Source: Felis catus (Eukaryota). Taken from it: a stretch of DNA of 64,000 nucleotides. The translations under genes were made by a program, and so were the position numbers. The notes below the pieces were generated by a model. It made no database searches, was not told where the DNA came from, and saw nothing but the letters and a program-made list of their open reading frames with translations. Numbering within the stretch: position 1 is the stretch's first letter; each line of letters opens with the position of its first letter. Below are positions 63,395 through 64,000 of the stretch, one piece after another. Where the stretch lies: NCBI RefSeq assembly GCF_018350175.1, contig NC_058368.1:1612001-1676000 (forward strand), given 5' to 3'.

Positions 63395-64000
63395 TTTTTT
63401 TTTTTTCTTTTCAGGTTTTGAAACTTTTTATTTGCATATTTAAAAAATTGTGCATTCCAGTAATTAAAATCATTTGAGCAAAAAAAAATGGCACTCTGAT
63501 TAAACTACATTTTACAGCCTGCAGGATTCCTTGGGCCAGATTGATTTATGCCCTAGATTTCACTGTTGTTTTACACAGCTTCTTCCTTACCAGAATGCAA
63601 ACTCTTTTCCTTCCCTGCTAGCCAGATAGACAGATGGGAGAGGCAGGCATGGCCTTCATTGTCAGTAGTTCTCTTCTTTGATATGGAAAAAGGCAACACA
63701 GTCATTTAAACTTGATCCCACCTCTTTGTATTTTACAAAGTTAAACAGCTAAAAGAAGTAAAATAAGAAGGCAGTGCTTGTGGAATGCACAGTGCAGATT
63801 GGTGGTGCATGCCTCATGATTCACCTGCTAGCGTCTCCTGTTTAGCTGTTTCTTTTGAAGGCTGTGGAGTTTTCTCTTGCGTTTATCTTCTTCAATTTTG
63901 ACTTATTGAATTTCTCAATCTCAGTCATACTGGGTTTGTCAGACATGGTTGCAGAGAGGCTGAGCAAGGTGCACGAACGAGCAAAGTCCAGTCTCCACAG
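63395..64000 (-). pseudogene. TMSB4X: Processed pseudogene of thymosin beta-4 (TMSB4X-like); 5' end runs off the window
   Basis: Minus strand: 5' UTR, ATG at 63946 giving MSDKPSMTEIEKFNKSKLKK, then a 2-nt deletion frameshift. The downstream frame still resembles QEKNPLPSKET...AGES* (stop equivalent ~63814). Full 3' UTR, AATAAA (63427-63432) and poly(A) at ~63395-63411. No introns. Confidence 0.93.

Noticed and set aside
1..64000. A novel multi-gene or prokaryote-type system (CRISPR, defence, operon)
   Set aside because: The window is explained by one spliced mammalian gene plus interspersed repeats and retrocopies. No unexplained long ORF or repeat-spacer array was seen.

Overview
Mammalian genomic DNA from a feliform carnivore, most likely a cat (Felidae), judging by the dense Can-SINE (SINEC_Fc-type) and carnivore L1 content. 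The window holds the CpG-island promoter, a probable non-coding first exon and the first 13 coding exons (about 400 codons, MMQNVHLAPETDEDDLY...AVGYDW) of IFT88 (intraflagellar transport 88) on the + strand. The gene continues past the window end. All coding-exon splice sites are canonical GT-AG and the phases join into one open frame. Most of the rest is transposon-derived: a TSD-bounded, apparently full-length antisense L1, a young 5'-truncated L1 inside a MER3-like element, about 30 Can-SINEs, LTRs and DNA-transposon MITEs. There is also a frameshifted processed pseudogene of thymosin beta-4 at the right edge. I see no convincing novel multi-gene system. The most unusual items are retrotransposition by-products nested in the full-length L1: a ~700-bp TSD-flanked, A-tailed insert made only of ancient repeat fragments (orphan transduction or retrocopied non-coding RNA), and a tailless 3'-truncated U2 snRNA retrocopy with microhomology at both junctions. 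Repeat family names come from recall of consensus sequences and need a Dfam/RepeatMasker check.
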